64,000 bases of DNA from Eledone cirrhosa (taxonomy: Eukaryota): positions 5,890,001 through 5,954,000 of the forward strand of contig OZ024755.1 in assembly GCA_964016885.1 (NCBI GenBank), in the 5' to 3' direction. A program made the position numbers and the translations under genes. Below the pieces are notes generated by a model. It saw nothing but the letters and a program-made list of their open reading frames with translations. It searched no databases and was not told the DNA's origin. Below are positions 26,497 through 39,400 of this stretch, in pieces. The stretch's first letter is position 1, and every line of letters starts with the position of its first letter.

Positions 26497-26864
26497 ATAT
26501 GAATAAAGTTAGTCCTTCATCAGTGATCTTCCAACCATCATTGGTATTTCATCGCTTTAAAGACCATATACCTCCGGTTGGTGCGAGCAACGGCTAAAAA
26601 AAGTCGTTGGGACACGTAAATAAAGGGGACACCACGATTTCACCGAACTTATATTCATGGAAATTTGGGACTTGACTCGTTCTTCCTCACTTTTCGCTGC
26701 TTCACCATCTTTGTTTGTTTACACTCTCGTGTCCCCTTTATTTACGTGTCCCAACGACTTTTTTTAGCCGTTGCTCGCACCAACCGGAGGTATATGGTCT
26801 TTAAAGCGATGAAATACCAATGATGGTTGGAAGATCACTGATGAAGGACTAACTTTATTCATAT
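26497..26864. repeat. 136-bp inverted repeat with 96-bp spacer
   Basis: 26497-26632 is the reverse complement of 26729-26864, with no mismatch seen by eye. Confidence 0.9.
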
Positions 26865-29800
26865 ATATACACTCCACTCTCAAGTGTGAAACTAATATTA
26901 ACATTTTGTACTGCCTCTTCGCTTCCACGTTGTTTTTTTTTATTTTTTGTTTACTGTCTCAACTATAATATATAGGTAAATGAAATAATTGCCTTATGTT
27001 GTTTATTACATAACTATTACGCTCTGTAACCTACATAGAGCACTCTTTTTTCCTGGACCTTTCCGACGGAATTACTTCATTTACATATATATATATATAT
27101 ATATGACCCCCACATCCCCCACTGCAAGGTGGTCGTGGAGGTGCCACGGCAAAAAAGCACCCAGCCCACACTGTAAAGTGGACGTGTAGGCGCCACGAAA
27201 AAGCACCCAGCACTCACTGTAAATGAGGTTGGTATTAGGAAGGGCATCCAGCTGTAGAAATCAAGCCAAATCAGTTCCTGTATGAGCAAAGCATGGTCAG
27301 CCGACCAGACACTGCCCACAACAGGACAACCCGTCTAACCCATGCTAGCGTGGAAGAACGGACGTAAAACGGTGATGATGATGATATATATATATATTGT
27401 TTATATCCAGTAAATCTCTTTGTTTATATTTAAACGGATGAGGCTTCTTATAACACCACACCACACCACACCGACCTCAACCTACCGTTTCTGCAGGTGA
27501 GTGTGAAAACAAAGAACTTGTAGAACGCCAGCTTGTGTATTGTGGAACAGGTGGGAAAGCTAAGCTGATATATTCACTTCATGATTATGTTTCTCTTTGT
27601 GTTTGTGTGGCTGTTGCTGGTGTTGTATAGCCCAGCATCAGACCACATTGAGCAGACGTATGATCAAAGGCATCCCAGCCTCGACCACCACAACATATTT
27701 TAAATCAGAACATATTTGAGACCATATTCCAACAAGCCGCTTTTTTTCTTTCTTTTTAAGTAGTAAAATGTGGTTTAAGAGGGAATGAGTTACTATCTTT
27801 AGCAGACCATGTTAACCATACAGAGGCTCTTCTCTCTCTCTCTCTAGCTCGTGTGTGTATGTGTATGCCGTTCTAAAAGTAATAAAATGCTGAATTTCTG
27901 TCAGTACAAGTTATATATTATATACATACGTGTATGTTATATACATACATGTATTTAATATATACAGGTTATATTATGTTATATACATGTATATTATGCT
28001 ATATATATATATATACATACATATGACATATACATGTATATTGTGTTATATACATATATAGTATGTTATATATATGTCTAGTATATTATATGCATACATA
28101 AAATGTTATATACATGTGATAGATATTATATGGAACATTACGTTCGATATATGTGGAGCCAAAACCTAGTTTGGAGTAACAAGGGAGAGAGAGAGATGCT
28201 TTTAGTAAGATTAGAATATGCGAAAATGTGTTACGTGCTTCGAACTACAATAAACAAGTAGTACTGTTAAGAGTAGAAGTGTTGGTGGGGGTCTGGAGCA
28301 AATGAATTACCCGGCATAATCGCGGTATTTCTGTAATAGACATGGGTGATGGTGGGAGAAGGAATGGTTTAGTGACGGAAGACTAAGCGAGAACGACACC
28401 GAATGGGTTTGATCTCGAAAATATAGCGAAATAACGAATATACAGGTGTGGTGCACTATCGTAGTCAACGAGGAAGTTTATTTTATATATGTTCGCCCGA
28501 CCTACTAGAAATAGTAGCCAAATTCTTTCCGACCAAACCTCTCTGCTTAGTACCAAACCTCTGTGCTTTGGTACCAAACCGCCGTCCCTGGCTCTATGAT
28601 ACTAAACTGATTATTTTAACGTGTTTATATTTATCTAAAAAAAAAAAATCTCGCATCGTAATTTTATGTAAGAACCTTTAAGTTAAATACTCCAATAACC
28701 ATAAACAAGAAAGTTGCTTATATGATCAAATCTCTCCAAATTGTTGATTATTTACAAAATTATTTTAAAATCATAGGCAGTATCTTTCATTAGAAATATG
28801 GTAAACTGAAGAGTTAAAGAGAGAAAAGACACATTAGATAATGTACTCCTTGATATTAAACAAAAATAGGCGGGGCTCTCTATTTAATTAAGGGATCACA
28901 TTTCGCTAAACAACGTCAACAATAACAATATACCAAGCGTGGACCTAATATAATACAATTGCCTCCTGTGTTTTGTTCGTTCATTTTCAACTATATATAT
29001 ATATACACACACACACGCACATATGTACATTTCAATATGGCCTCGGAATTATATATATATATAGCCTGAAAGTGTCAGATATATATATATATATATATAT
29101 ATAGCCTGAAAGTGTCAGATATATATAGAAAGGTAAATTAGATTGTATGAAATTAATGTTTTTCACAATAGTATTAGCGACGAAAGTTAAATGGATGGGT
29201 TTTTGTTAAGGGAGTTGCAACAGGCCCGACTGTATGTTGTACATCAACCATTCTTCAAACGAATCAACAAAAGGGTCTCAACACAGTCGCTTGACATGTT
29301 AAAAATAGCTACCTAATCTTAAATCACGCAGCCCCATATTAAAAAGAGGGGACAGCATACGACGGGGCATCTAGGTAAGTGTTCGGTTTGCTATAAATAG
29401 TAGCTAAATCTTCCTCCGATTACCCATATCATTCGAGTTGCTATAAATAGTAGCTAAACTTCCCTCAGATTACAGCATATCGTGTTGAAGAGTGAAAGGG
29501 GTAACATTGGATAATGTAGACCTACAGAGACAATATCCGAGAGAAAAATGGAATAGTCATGGCTGGAACCCTTTGATCATACGTCTGCTAAGTCAGAGCT
29601 GACATAGGCTAAACAACAATGAAACGAAAGAACATTGAATAATGTAATACTATAAATAAATTAAAAAAATAACGGGATGATCACAGCAGGAATTCCTTTA
29701 GTAATAAACTCGCTTGGTCAGGACTGGTATGGGATAAACTTCTAACCCCTTACCTAATAAAACCAATTCATTTAATTAAAGGAATAGATTAACGGTAGTT

Positions 29801-30102
29801 TGAATACATTTCAGTACAAGGTTGACAAATACTGAAGTCACGTTGAGAGTTATATTATATAAGTATTGTAATTTAACATAAACAATACAGACATTTGAGA
29901 ATATGTCTAAACAAATGACTCATATCATTTTCCCATCAACTTGGCTTACTTTGTGTTAGTGAAATTGAGATAAACATTGAAACGCGAATAATTCAATCGT
30001 AACATTTTCTCTTTGTTTTGAATATATATATAAATTCCACCTTTTCTCTATCCTTATTAATAAATTCTAATATGTTTACAGTTTAATTATAGCCATACAT
30101 AC

Positions 30103-30245
30103 CTGAGTAATTTAGTTTTAAATCATGTGTTTGTATAAATAATAGACTGGCTCTCTCCGAAGAGATGCCAGCCAAGTCCTCTCCAGACATGACTTTAAAT
30201 TACCTACTGCCAACTCATGCGGTTACCATATAAAACATGTCCCGC
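30103..30245 (-). other. Candidate non-coding first exon or promoter of VPS13B
   Basis: Donor CAG|gtatgt at 30103 in non-repetitive sequence. The ATG exon is preceded by an acceptor, so an upstream UTR exon must exist. The 5' end is a guess. Confidence 0.35.
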
Positions 30246-30519
30246 TTTTAGATTAATTCCGAACATTTATTTCATGGATCCAAGAACATTTAACTACGTA
30301 CGGATTATTTTCTTATTATCAGATACGATAAATATGTAATGCTTTTGTTTTTAATTATGTATCTTAATATTTTAGGCAATATAAAACTATTTGTTATTTT
30401 CTGTTCTCTCTTTGTTTAGTCGAGACCATTTTCATTTGTTCAACTTATCTCCCTTACACTAGTGGAGTTTTTCATTTTTCTTTTTAAGGTTTGCTGGGTC
30501 TCGTCAGAGCTGTTCTGCT

Positions 30520-31160
30520 AGAGAAAGGGTCGCAGGTATCGGATAGCGATATCGCCACCAGATATAATGGTTGGTTGCGATATAAGCCGGTAACTGCCGG
30601 ATGAATAAGCAACACCGGACCAACAGCGGTAAACTACTAGGAGAGATGGAACAATGGGTGACACCTGTAAATCCCAAGAAAATTCTCACGGCCTAGTGAC
30701 GTAGCTATGACGAGGCGAGTAAAGGCCGCCTCTAAAAAAGCCTAGTCTTCGTGGGTTTGACAAAGTATCAAATAGGTGACTGGAGCAAATATGACCACGG
30801 AAACTGCAACTGTAGTATGGTTAGGAAAGCAAAAAAATACCATACTGCATCGTCCTTTGCATGGGTTAACAAGGGACGTGTTCAGGCCTTAGGTAGAGGG
30901 ACCTGTTCGAAAAATATATTGCAGTCTCTATTTCATGTCACAAAATCTGGCGATGGGCTTGCGACCTGTCCTTGGAGGCGTGGGATGAACGCACAAAGTT
31001 TACATATCCCGAGACCCCTTGGTTCAATCAAGAGGTCAGGGATGCCATCCGATCAAATAAAGGAGGCCTATAAAAGTTGGCTTGGAAATAAGTCCTCCTT
31101 TTTGAACTTGCAGTACAAGCAGTCACGAAAAGTCGCAGTAGAGACATGACGGGTAGAATT
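30520..31160 (+). mobile_element. Degenerate LINE ORF2 fragment (endonuclease-RT linker)
   Basis: Frameshifted PWFNQEVRDAIR..KEAYKSW motif near 31015-31080. Confidence 0.55.
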
Positions 31161-33719
31161 GAAATAAATCCTAACAAAAGTGAGAGTTATTCCCCTTTGT
31201 AATTAGCTGGCTTACAAGGGTTATTGAATAAATGAGCTACTAATTATATATATATATTATTATTATACCCGCCGAGGTTAACTTTGCTTTTCATCCTTAC
31301 GGGGTCGATAAAATAAAGTACCAGTAATTGCTGGCCTTGTGCCAAAAGTAGAAACAATTATTATTATTATTAAGACTACAGAGTGAGTCTGATGACCCTG
31401 TCATAAACAGGCAAAACTCCGGAGTGATTATTGACCTGTTACGTACGTTTCACAACTGAATGGCTCAAGGTCACCTATGGCAGATGTGGCCTCCAATTCC
31501 AGCATCGATCTGCTTATCAGACTTGGTATATCTGGAATTCTGCTGAGTGTTTTTACCATTAAACTAAAGGGGAAACTGACAACGTTTCCCATCAAATTAA
31601 GGTCACTATAGGGAACAGCTTCCAGCTTGGAGCTGGAAGTAAACAAGTCGTACAAATTATTGAAGTGCTGGGCTGTTTGTATTTTTAAAAATATGGGTAT
31701 ACCAAATGCAGTAACTGTAACAACAGTTGATCATTATAAATAATAGAGACCATTTCATGGTATGTACCGGTTGCATTTTGTTGTGATACCATCACTACCG
31801 TCTGACAGAATGGACTGGGTGCTTTATTATAATGGCATCAGCATTATAGTACATAGAATAATGTAGAAATATTAGGCAAGTGAACAGTATATGAGTCACC
31901 ATATACATACAAAAACACACATACACATGTGCGTGTCTATGGAGGAGGAATATCAGGTGTAGTGTTGGCGAATTTCGGGAAGCATTGAAGTTTTGACGGA
32001 TGCAGTGTCCCAACAATTAACAACTGATGCAGGTAGCTTGTTCCATGCTTCACCAACTCTGAGTGTGAAAAGGTGTTTCCGAAAGTCATGGGAGATGTAC
32101 TGTTTTCTGATTTTGTAAGCATGTCCACAGGTGTTAGACATATGGAATTCAAAATATATTTTTCTTTTTTATATAAACCAAGCAAAAGTTACACAGATTA
32201 TAGCTTTAAAATTGTATTCTTTATTCAACTTCTTTTCCTCAATACATATTTATACAAGTGGATATAAAATGATGATGACTTTGCAAATACAATTTTTTAT
32301 ATACATAAATATACATATATATAATCATTATTCAATATAGAGATCAGGAATGGCCTTATGATTTCAAACAAATGAAACAGTTCTAGTATATTTTTAACCC
32401 TTTAGCATTTAAACTTGCCATATCTGGCCAGAATTCCCTCACCTCTTTCTCTTCAAACCAGCCATATCTGGCCACTCATATTAATGTTAAGGTATTGTTC
32501 TCAAAATAAATAATATCAAAATTTCATAAATTCAGTATTATGTGAGGTAAAGCCTTTACCACAAAAACAATAGTATATATAGAGTAATGTAAATGGCAGA
32601 ATCCATTCCTCATTGCTGGTCTGAACAGAGTTAATTTCTGAGAGAAAGAGGAAGAATCAATCCCAATACTACTGGACTATATTCGATCAACCCAAGGGAG
32701 CAAAAAGAGGCAAAAAAATATTGTAAAGCCTGCTATTCGATGTTCTAATGATTCGATGCTCTAATGCCAATTAGTTGCCTAACAGCACAACGTATACATA
32801 TGAATACAGCCAGAAATGTTAAGACCCTGTTTAATTCCATTTGTTTCTAATTCCATACAAAGGAGCTCATAATCAGTCATGAGATCAAATATACGGTGAC
32901 ACAGTGTATCCTTGAGCAAGACACTTTATTTCTTATTGCTTCAGTTCATTCAACTGGAAAATGGAGTTGTACCCAATATTTGAATGGCCAGCCTTGTCAC
33001 ACACTGGTATGTTGAATCTCACTGAGAATTTTGTTACGGGATACACGTGTTTGTGGAATTCTCAATCACCTGCATGTTAATTTCATGGGCAGTCTGTTTC
33101 ATTATTCAAACAACTGGAACAGTCATTAACAGAATTAATGGAGGTCTAAAACAAATAAAATATGGGGAGACCCAAGAAGACCTGGGATGTGGTGATAAAA
33201 GCCGACCTTACCCAATTGCACCTCTCAAAGGCGATGACACATGACTGCAACCTCTGGCATCCTGCAGTAATACAGAAGACCCAACTTCCCACGGGTACAA
33301 GCCGAAGCTAAAGCATATAGACAATATGTCCCCTCCCCACTGCAAAGTGGTCATGGAGGTGCCACGGCGAAAAAGCACCCAGCCCACACTATGAGGTTGG
33401 TGTTAGGAAGGGCATCCAGCTGTAGAAATCAAGCCAGAATCAGTTCCCATATGAACAAGACAAGGTCAGCCGACTGAACACAGTGATGATGATGAACAAT
33501 CTGATATTTTATAATGAAAGCGAATGGCGAAGTCCTGCTAACAAAAGCAACTAAATTACAAAAAAAAAAAAAAGATGCGTAACAAGATTCTTTACAGTTT
33601 ATTTTCATGATTTAACCCATAACATACCGGACCAAATGATATATTAGCCAGACATTTTTAAAAATTAGAAAACAGCTTTGATTACTGAATGCTGAAACTA
33701 GGACATTACTGCACCAGCT

Positions 33720-33875
33720 TTTGCAATTCTTGCACTTAATTCAGCCTCCTGCCTTCCATCACTCATGAACACGGCTGCAATATATTTGAACTTCTCTACC
33801 TGCTTCAGTGGAACTCTATTCACATGTAGAGTGCACAGCGCAGACTTCCTTGAGAGGATGAGTGTCCCAGTTTCT
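33720..33875 (-). mobile_element. RTE-type reverse transcriptase fragment
   Basis: Reads ...LHVNRVPLKQVEKFKYI on the minus strand. Confidence 0.55.
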
Positions 33876-35213
33876 GCAGCATTGTGATTAAATCACATTT
33901 AAAATTAAAGGTTTTACTCGAATACTGCAAATTTTCACAAAGGTCTGTCACTAGTAAAGTCACTATAAACATGTGAATTTACAAACCTATATGTTTTATA
34001 TATTATCTACTACATCATAAAAGGATGTAGAATTAATGTGTTTGTAACTTTAGTTAGCGTACAGTGTCACTGGAACTTTAGCTGGAGTACAGTGTGTCAT
34101 TGTAACTTTAGTTAGAGTACAGTGTCACTGGAACTTTAGCTAGAGTAGTGTCATTGTGTTTTTAAATACAGGTATAACATTGATTGGGTTTACTATATCT
34201 ATCAGGGAATCTTGCCATATTTTCTCTATCAAGCAAACTACATTGTGTCCCCCTCCCTCAACTTTCATACCAGTTATACAAACATGCAAAGCTTCTCTGT
34301 TTATCTGGCTGCTATGTGAAATATATGGCAACCTTACATATGTAGCCGATTTCTCGGACTTTTTCAAAGCACTGAGGGGATAAAGTTGATATAAAGTGTG
34401 GTGTGCTCATGCATAAAGTTATAAAATAACTTATAAAGCTTATAAAATAAGGTGAAGACCCTTAAAGACAGAAAAAGAAGCTGCCAATGGCTGCTAGTTT
34501 AAACAATACCAGGAACAAAAAATTTCTGGTGTTTCATACAATAAATACTAATAATTAAGTGAGATATGTGAAGACTTACTAAATAATTTTAGTTTTACAT
34601 TAAAAATAATGTATTTGAGGTTTTTTTTTTGGTTTCTTTTTTTCATTTTGTTTTTGTCTGGAATTTGTATCATTTAAGAGAAAAAGGATTCCTCACATCA
34701 TAATAAGAATTCCATTCTTCATACTTTCAATCTTTTTGTGGAATGATGTAGTAGAGTTAGAGTTATCATTCTATGTCTATGAAGCCTAGAGCTTATCACA
34801 GTTCCATGGGAGTTAAGTTATTGAGAGTAAAAGACTCCACCCTGGAAGGAATGTCAGTCCATCACAGGGTTCAATAAATCCCAGCTACTACTGGTACTCA
34901 TTTTTAGTTAAATCAACTGGAGCATGTGAAATGAAGTGTCTTGCTCAATGACATAGTGCATCATCCTAGTCGGGGAATCAAACCCACAACCTTTTGCTTT
35001 TAATCTCAGCATCTTGATCTTTAGACAACACACTTTCACTGTGGATTGATAACGTCATGGAAACTAAAACTAAAACTTAATTTATATTTAGTATAAAATA
35101 TAACATGACAACTCATGAAATGAAGTATCTTGCTCAAGAACACAACCAACTGCTTGGTCAGAGACCTTATAATCATGAGTCAAAGATCCTCACCACTAAG
35201 CCACACATTTTAA

Positions 35214-35434
35214 CCCTTTAGCATTTAAACTGGCCATATCCGGCCAGAATTCTCTCACCTCTTTCTATTCAAACTGGATGTATCTGGTTGATCATACTGA
35301 TGTTAAGGTATTGTTCTTAAAATAAATAATATCAAAATCTCATAGATTCAATATTATGTGAGATAATTATGTGAGGTAAAACCTTTACCATGAAAATACA
35401 ATAGTATATATAGAGTAATGTAAATGCTAAAGGG
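35214..35434. mobile_element. piggyBac-type MITE (representative copy)
   Basis: TIR CCCTTTAGCATTTA with TTAA on both sides. Other copies at 12918-13136 and about 4740-4960, 32398-32600, 39811-40020, 42240-42668 (SINE inside), 43087-43350 and 63492-63723. Confidence 0.85.
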
Positions 35435-35562
35435 TTAAACTTGGTGTGATTTGAACTCAGAATGGTAATGCCATAAAATACTTCAGATATATTGTTTGTA
35501 CTAATAACTTCCTCCTTAATTTCTTAATGATAACAAAAACAAAACAAGATTAAAATGTACTT

Positions 35563-36148
35563 GGGACCATAGCTGGTACTAATATGTAATTAGTATATAG
35601 TAACATATAATTAGTAATATATAATTAGTAGATATAGTACCAGTGACCATAGCTGGTACTAATAATTATTTCTACTTTTGACAAGGCGGCAATTATCCCA
35701 GTGCATTACTGGTACTTTATTTTATCGACCCTGTAAGGATGAAAGGCATTTGAACTCAGACCATAAAGGGCCGTAACTCTTTGTACATAGTACCAGTCTG
35801 ATAGGGATCATAGCTGGTACTAATATATAATTAGTAGATAGTAACAACTATGGATCCTACCAGGCTGGTACTAATATATAATTAGTATATAGTACCAGCC
35901 TGATAGAGACCATATGATTAGTACATAGTACCAGCCTGATAGAGACTATAGCTGGTACTAATAATGTTAGTACATAGTACCAGCCTCATAGAGACCATAA
36001 CTGGTACTAATATATAATTAGTATATAGTACCAGCCTGGTAGAAACCATAGCTGGTACTCTACTAATATATAATAATTAGTATATATAGTAGCAGCCTGG
36101 TAGAGTCAATAGCTGGTACTAATATATAATTAGATTAGTACACAGTAC
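35563..36148. repeat. Degenerate tandem repeat of palindromic units
   Basis: gctggtacta-atatataattagtata-tagtaccagc repeated; interrupted by a SINE. Confidence 0.8.
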
Positions 36149-36316
36149 CAATGGATTAGATTTATGTTTTGTTTACCAATAAATAATAATTTGTGGGTTG
36201 AATCAATAAACAGATTTCTTTTCAATATATGCAAAGATAATATGGAGGGCATCAGTGAGTTTTTAAGATATTTAGAGACACCCAAAAATGGTGGTTCTAT
36301 GTGGTAGTCCATATTG

Positions 36317-36466
36317 TTACGTTATTGTGCAGTTATATTTTTGAGCTAAACCAACTCCATATATGTAAAGGTTACCACACAGACAAAGAAGTACAATTGA
36401 AAAAGTATTGAAGTATATCATGTTTCGGAATACAGGTTCCAGGTTGCCTTCTCGATACCAGATTAT
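36317..36466 (-). CDS. TMEM243: TMEM243 coding exon 4 (stop)
   Basis: tttcag|IIWYREGNLEPVFR...TAA, 150 nt. Confidence 0.92.
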   Translation of the reverse strand: MIWYREGNLEPVFRNMIYFNTFSIVLLCLCGNLYIYGVGLAQKYNCTIT

Positions 36467-39400
36467 CTGAAATGGAAATTAATAATAATAATGCTTTCTT
36501 TATTAACCACAAGGGTCTACATAAAGTAGACATTAAGGACAGTACAGGACAATACAGGGCGGTACAAATGGGCATTTCTGCGTGTAAAAAACAAGAAACA
36601 GAGGCTGTAATAATAGAACAATGAAAAAATTCCCCAATAGGGGGGAGACTTCCGAGGGACATTCGTGGAGAAAGCCCATTAAAAAGCCACGGTGACCCTG
36701 ACCACCAGAGCAAGTGCCCTCTCTCAGTTTTCCACCTTTAATTTACAGACACATACTCAGAGTAGGCCCATTCACTCGGGCCATTCTTGCCTCTCTCACC
36801 CATCTTTCAACAAAATGCTCGGAAGTCCTTTCTACCCCGATTTTCCTTTTTAAATGAAATTTGAAAAAGTTAATCAGGGCATCACTGAAGAGGTAAGTGC
36901 TCATCTTCAGCCCTTTCAAATGTGTCCACCATACTATCTCTTTCGCCATGGCCACCAGACAGATAAAAACTGCCTGCCCTTCCCGGCTAAAGGAAGAGGG
37001 CGGGGCAATCCTCACGATGGACTCAGCTGATAGCTGGATCCATCCTACATGCGACAGCAGGTGTTCGACATAAACCCACAAGTCAGCAATGCTCGGACAC
37101 TGGACGAGTGTGTGCATGACGGCTTCGTCGCCCTGCGCGCATCTCGGACATGCCCAGCTGTCGGCACCTCCATGCCTGTAGAGTTTATCCCGAATAATAA
37201 TAATAATAATGATTTCTACTTTTGGCACAAGGCCAGCAATTACCCAGTGCATTACTGGTACTTTATTTTATCGACTCCGTAAGGATGAAAGGCAAAGTTA
37301 ACCTCGGCGGAATTTGAAATCAGAATGGCAAGGGCCGTAACTCTATGCGTCAAAGCATGGCGTCCGACCCTCTACCTATACTGCCAATCAACCGCCCTTA
37401 ATAATAATAATAATAATGATTTCTAGTATGGGCACAAGGCCAGTAATTTGGGGAAGTCAATTATATCGACCGCAGTAGTTACTGGTGTGTTATTTTATTG
37501 ACCCCGTAAAGATGAAAGGCAAAGTTAACCTCGGCAGGATTTGAACTCGGACCGTAAAGGGCCGTAACTCTGTGCTGCAAAACATGGTGTCCGACTCTCT
37601 ACCAATACTGCCAATCCACCATAATAATAATAATGATAATAATAACAATAATAATAATTGTTTCTACTTTTGGCATAAGGCCAGCAATTACCCCAGTGTA
37701 TTACTGGTACTTTATTTTATCAACCCCCGAAAGAATGAATGGCAAATTTAACCTCGGTTGGATTTGAACTCACACCATAAAGAGTCAATGATTTCTTTAT
37801 TATTGGCCACAAGAGCCGAACATAGAGAACAATACAAAGACAGGGACAAGGCCAATAATTCTTTAGGGGAAGGGGAAAGTCGATTAAATTGACTCCAGTA
37901 CATTACTGGTACTTTATTTTATTGAATAATGAATTCAGAATATAAAGGGCTGGAACATGTTTGATGCTCTACTGATACTGCCAATCCACCGCCAAATTTG
38001 TTTATTTAATAATTGTTTCTACGTTAGGCACAAGGCCAGCAATTACCCAGTGTATTACTGGTACTTTATTTTATCGACCCCGTAAGGATGAAAGGCAAAG
38101 TTAACCTCGGCGGGATTTGAATTGAGAATGGCAATAATAATTGTTTCTACGTTAGGCATGCCTTCTGTAAGACATCGACAGTTGATTGACTTTCGTCAAA
38201 TTGGACCAAGGAAACAATGTTTCCATTGGTCTTTCCAGTTGCTAATACTATCTATCGGTCGCAACTCCAGGTAGAAGGAGCAATGTGAAATAAAATGTCT
38301 TACTCAAACACATAACACATCGCCTGGTCCGGGAATCGAACTCACAACCTCAGGATTGCGAATCCAATTCTCTAACCACTCAGCCACACACCTTCTGAGA
38401 CATAACGAAAGGCAAAAATGGAATTTGAGATTATTTCAAGTGGTTTATTTACTTACAAGTGTTATATGAGACCCACACACCATCATGATGATAAAGCCAA
38501 AAAATATATTGACGCCATCGTGTTTATTGGGAGGTGAACATGGGAAGATAAATGCACAAATGAGAGTTTCCTGAAAAAAATAAAAGAAGTAAGGAAATGA
38601 ATACTTAGTGACAGATGGTAGGACATGATGGATAGTTAGCAACAGATGTGAGGTTCATATCACATGGTAGGATATGATGGTTAGTTAGCAACAGATGTGA
38701 GGTTCATATCACATGGTAGGATATGATGGATAGTTAGCAACAGATGTGAGGTTCATATCAGATGTGTGGTTCATACCACATGGTAGGATATGATGGTTAG
38801 TTAGCAACAGATGTGAGGTTCATATCACATGGTAGGATATGATGGATAGTTAGCAACAGATGTGAGGTTCATATCACATGGTAATAACAGATGTGTGGTT
38901 CATATCACATGGTAGGACATGATAGTTAGTTAGCAACAGATGTGTGATTCATATCACATGGTAAGACATGATAGTTAGCAACAGATGTGAGGTTAATATC
39001 ACTTAGTAGGATATGTTCTTTATTATGCCTCAGAGTTCAACTTCATCTCTCAAACATACACACACAGTTTTTACTGTTTAGTTAGGAGAAAGGTACCCCA
39101 AACTGGTGACCTGATCCAAATGCTTGTAACAGATAAGGATTCTGCTAATTTCCCCCAAGGGCCTGGTGATGTGTTGTACCAAGCAACAGGATTTAGTCCT
39201 AAGGACACATTCTTTTCTTATGTTCTATAATCGATTCTACACAGGCTCTCTTTTTCTCTCTCTCACACCCATGTGACAGGCTTCCACACACTTTCCATCT
39301 ACCAAATTTCATTCACAAGATATTAGTCAACTCAACATTATAGTAAAAAAATTTTAACCACAAAGTTATATCTGTACGTCTCTCTGTCTCTAGAAATAGA

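Noticed and set aside
30751-31149. 132-aa ORF as a host gene
   Set aside because: Better explained as a frameshifted LINE ORF2 remnant.
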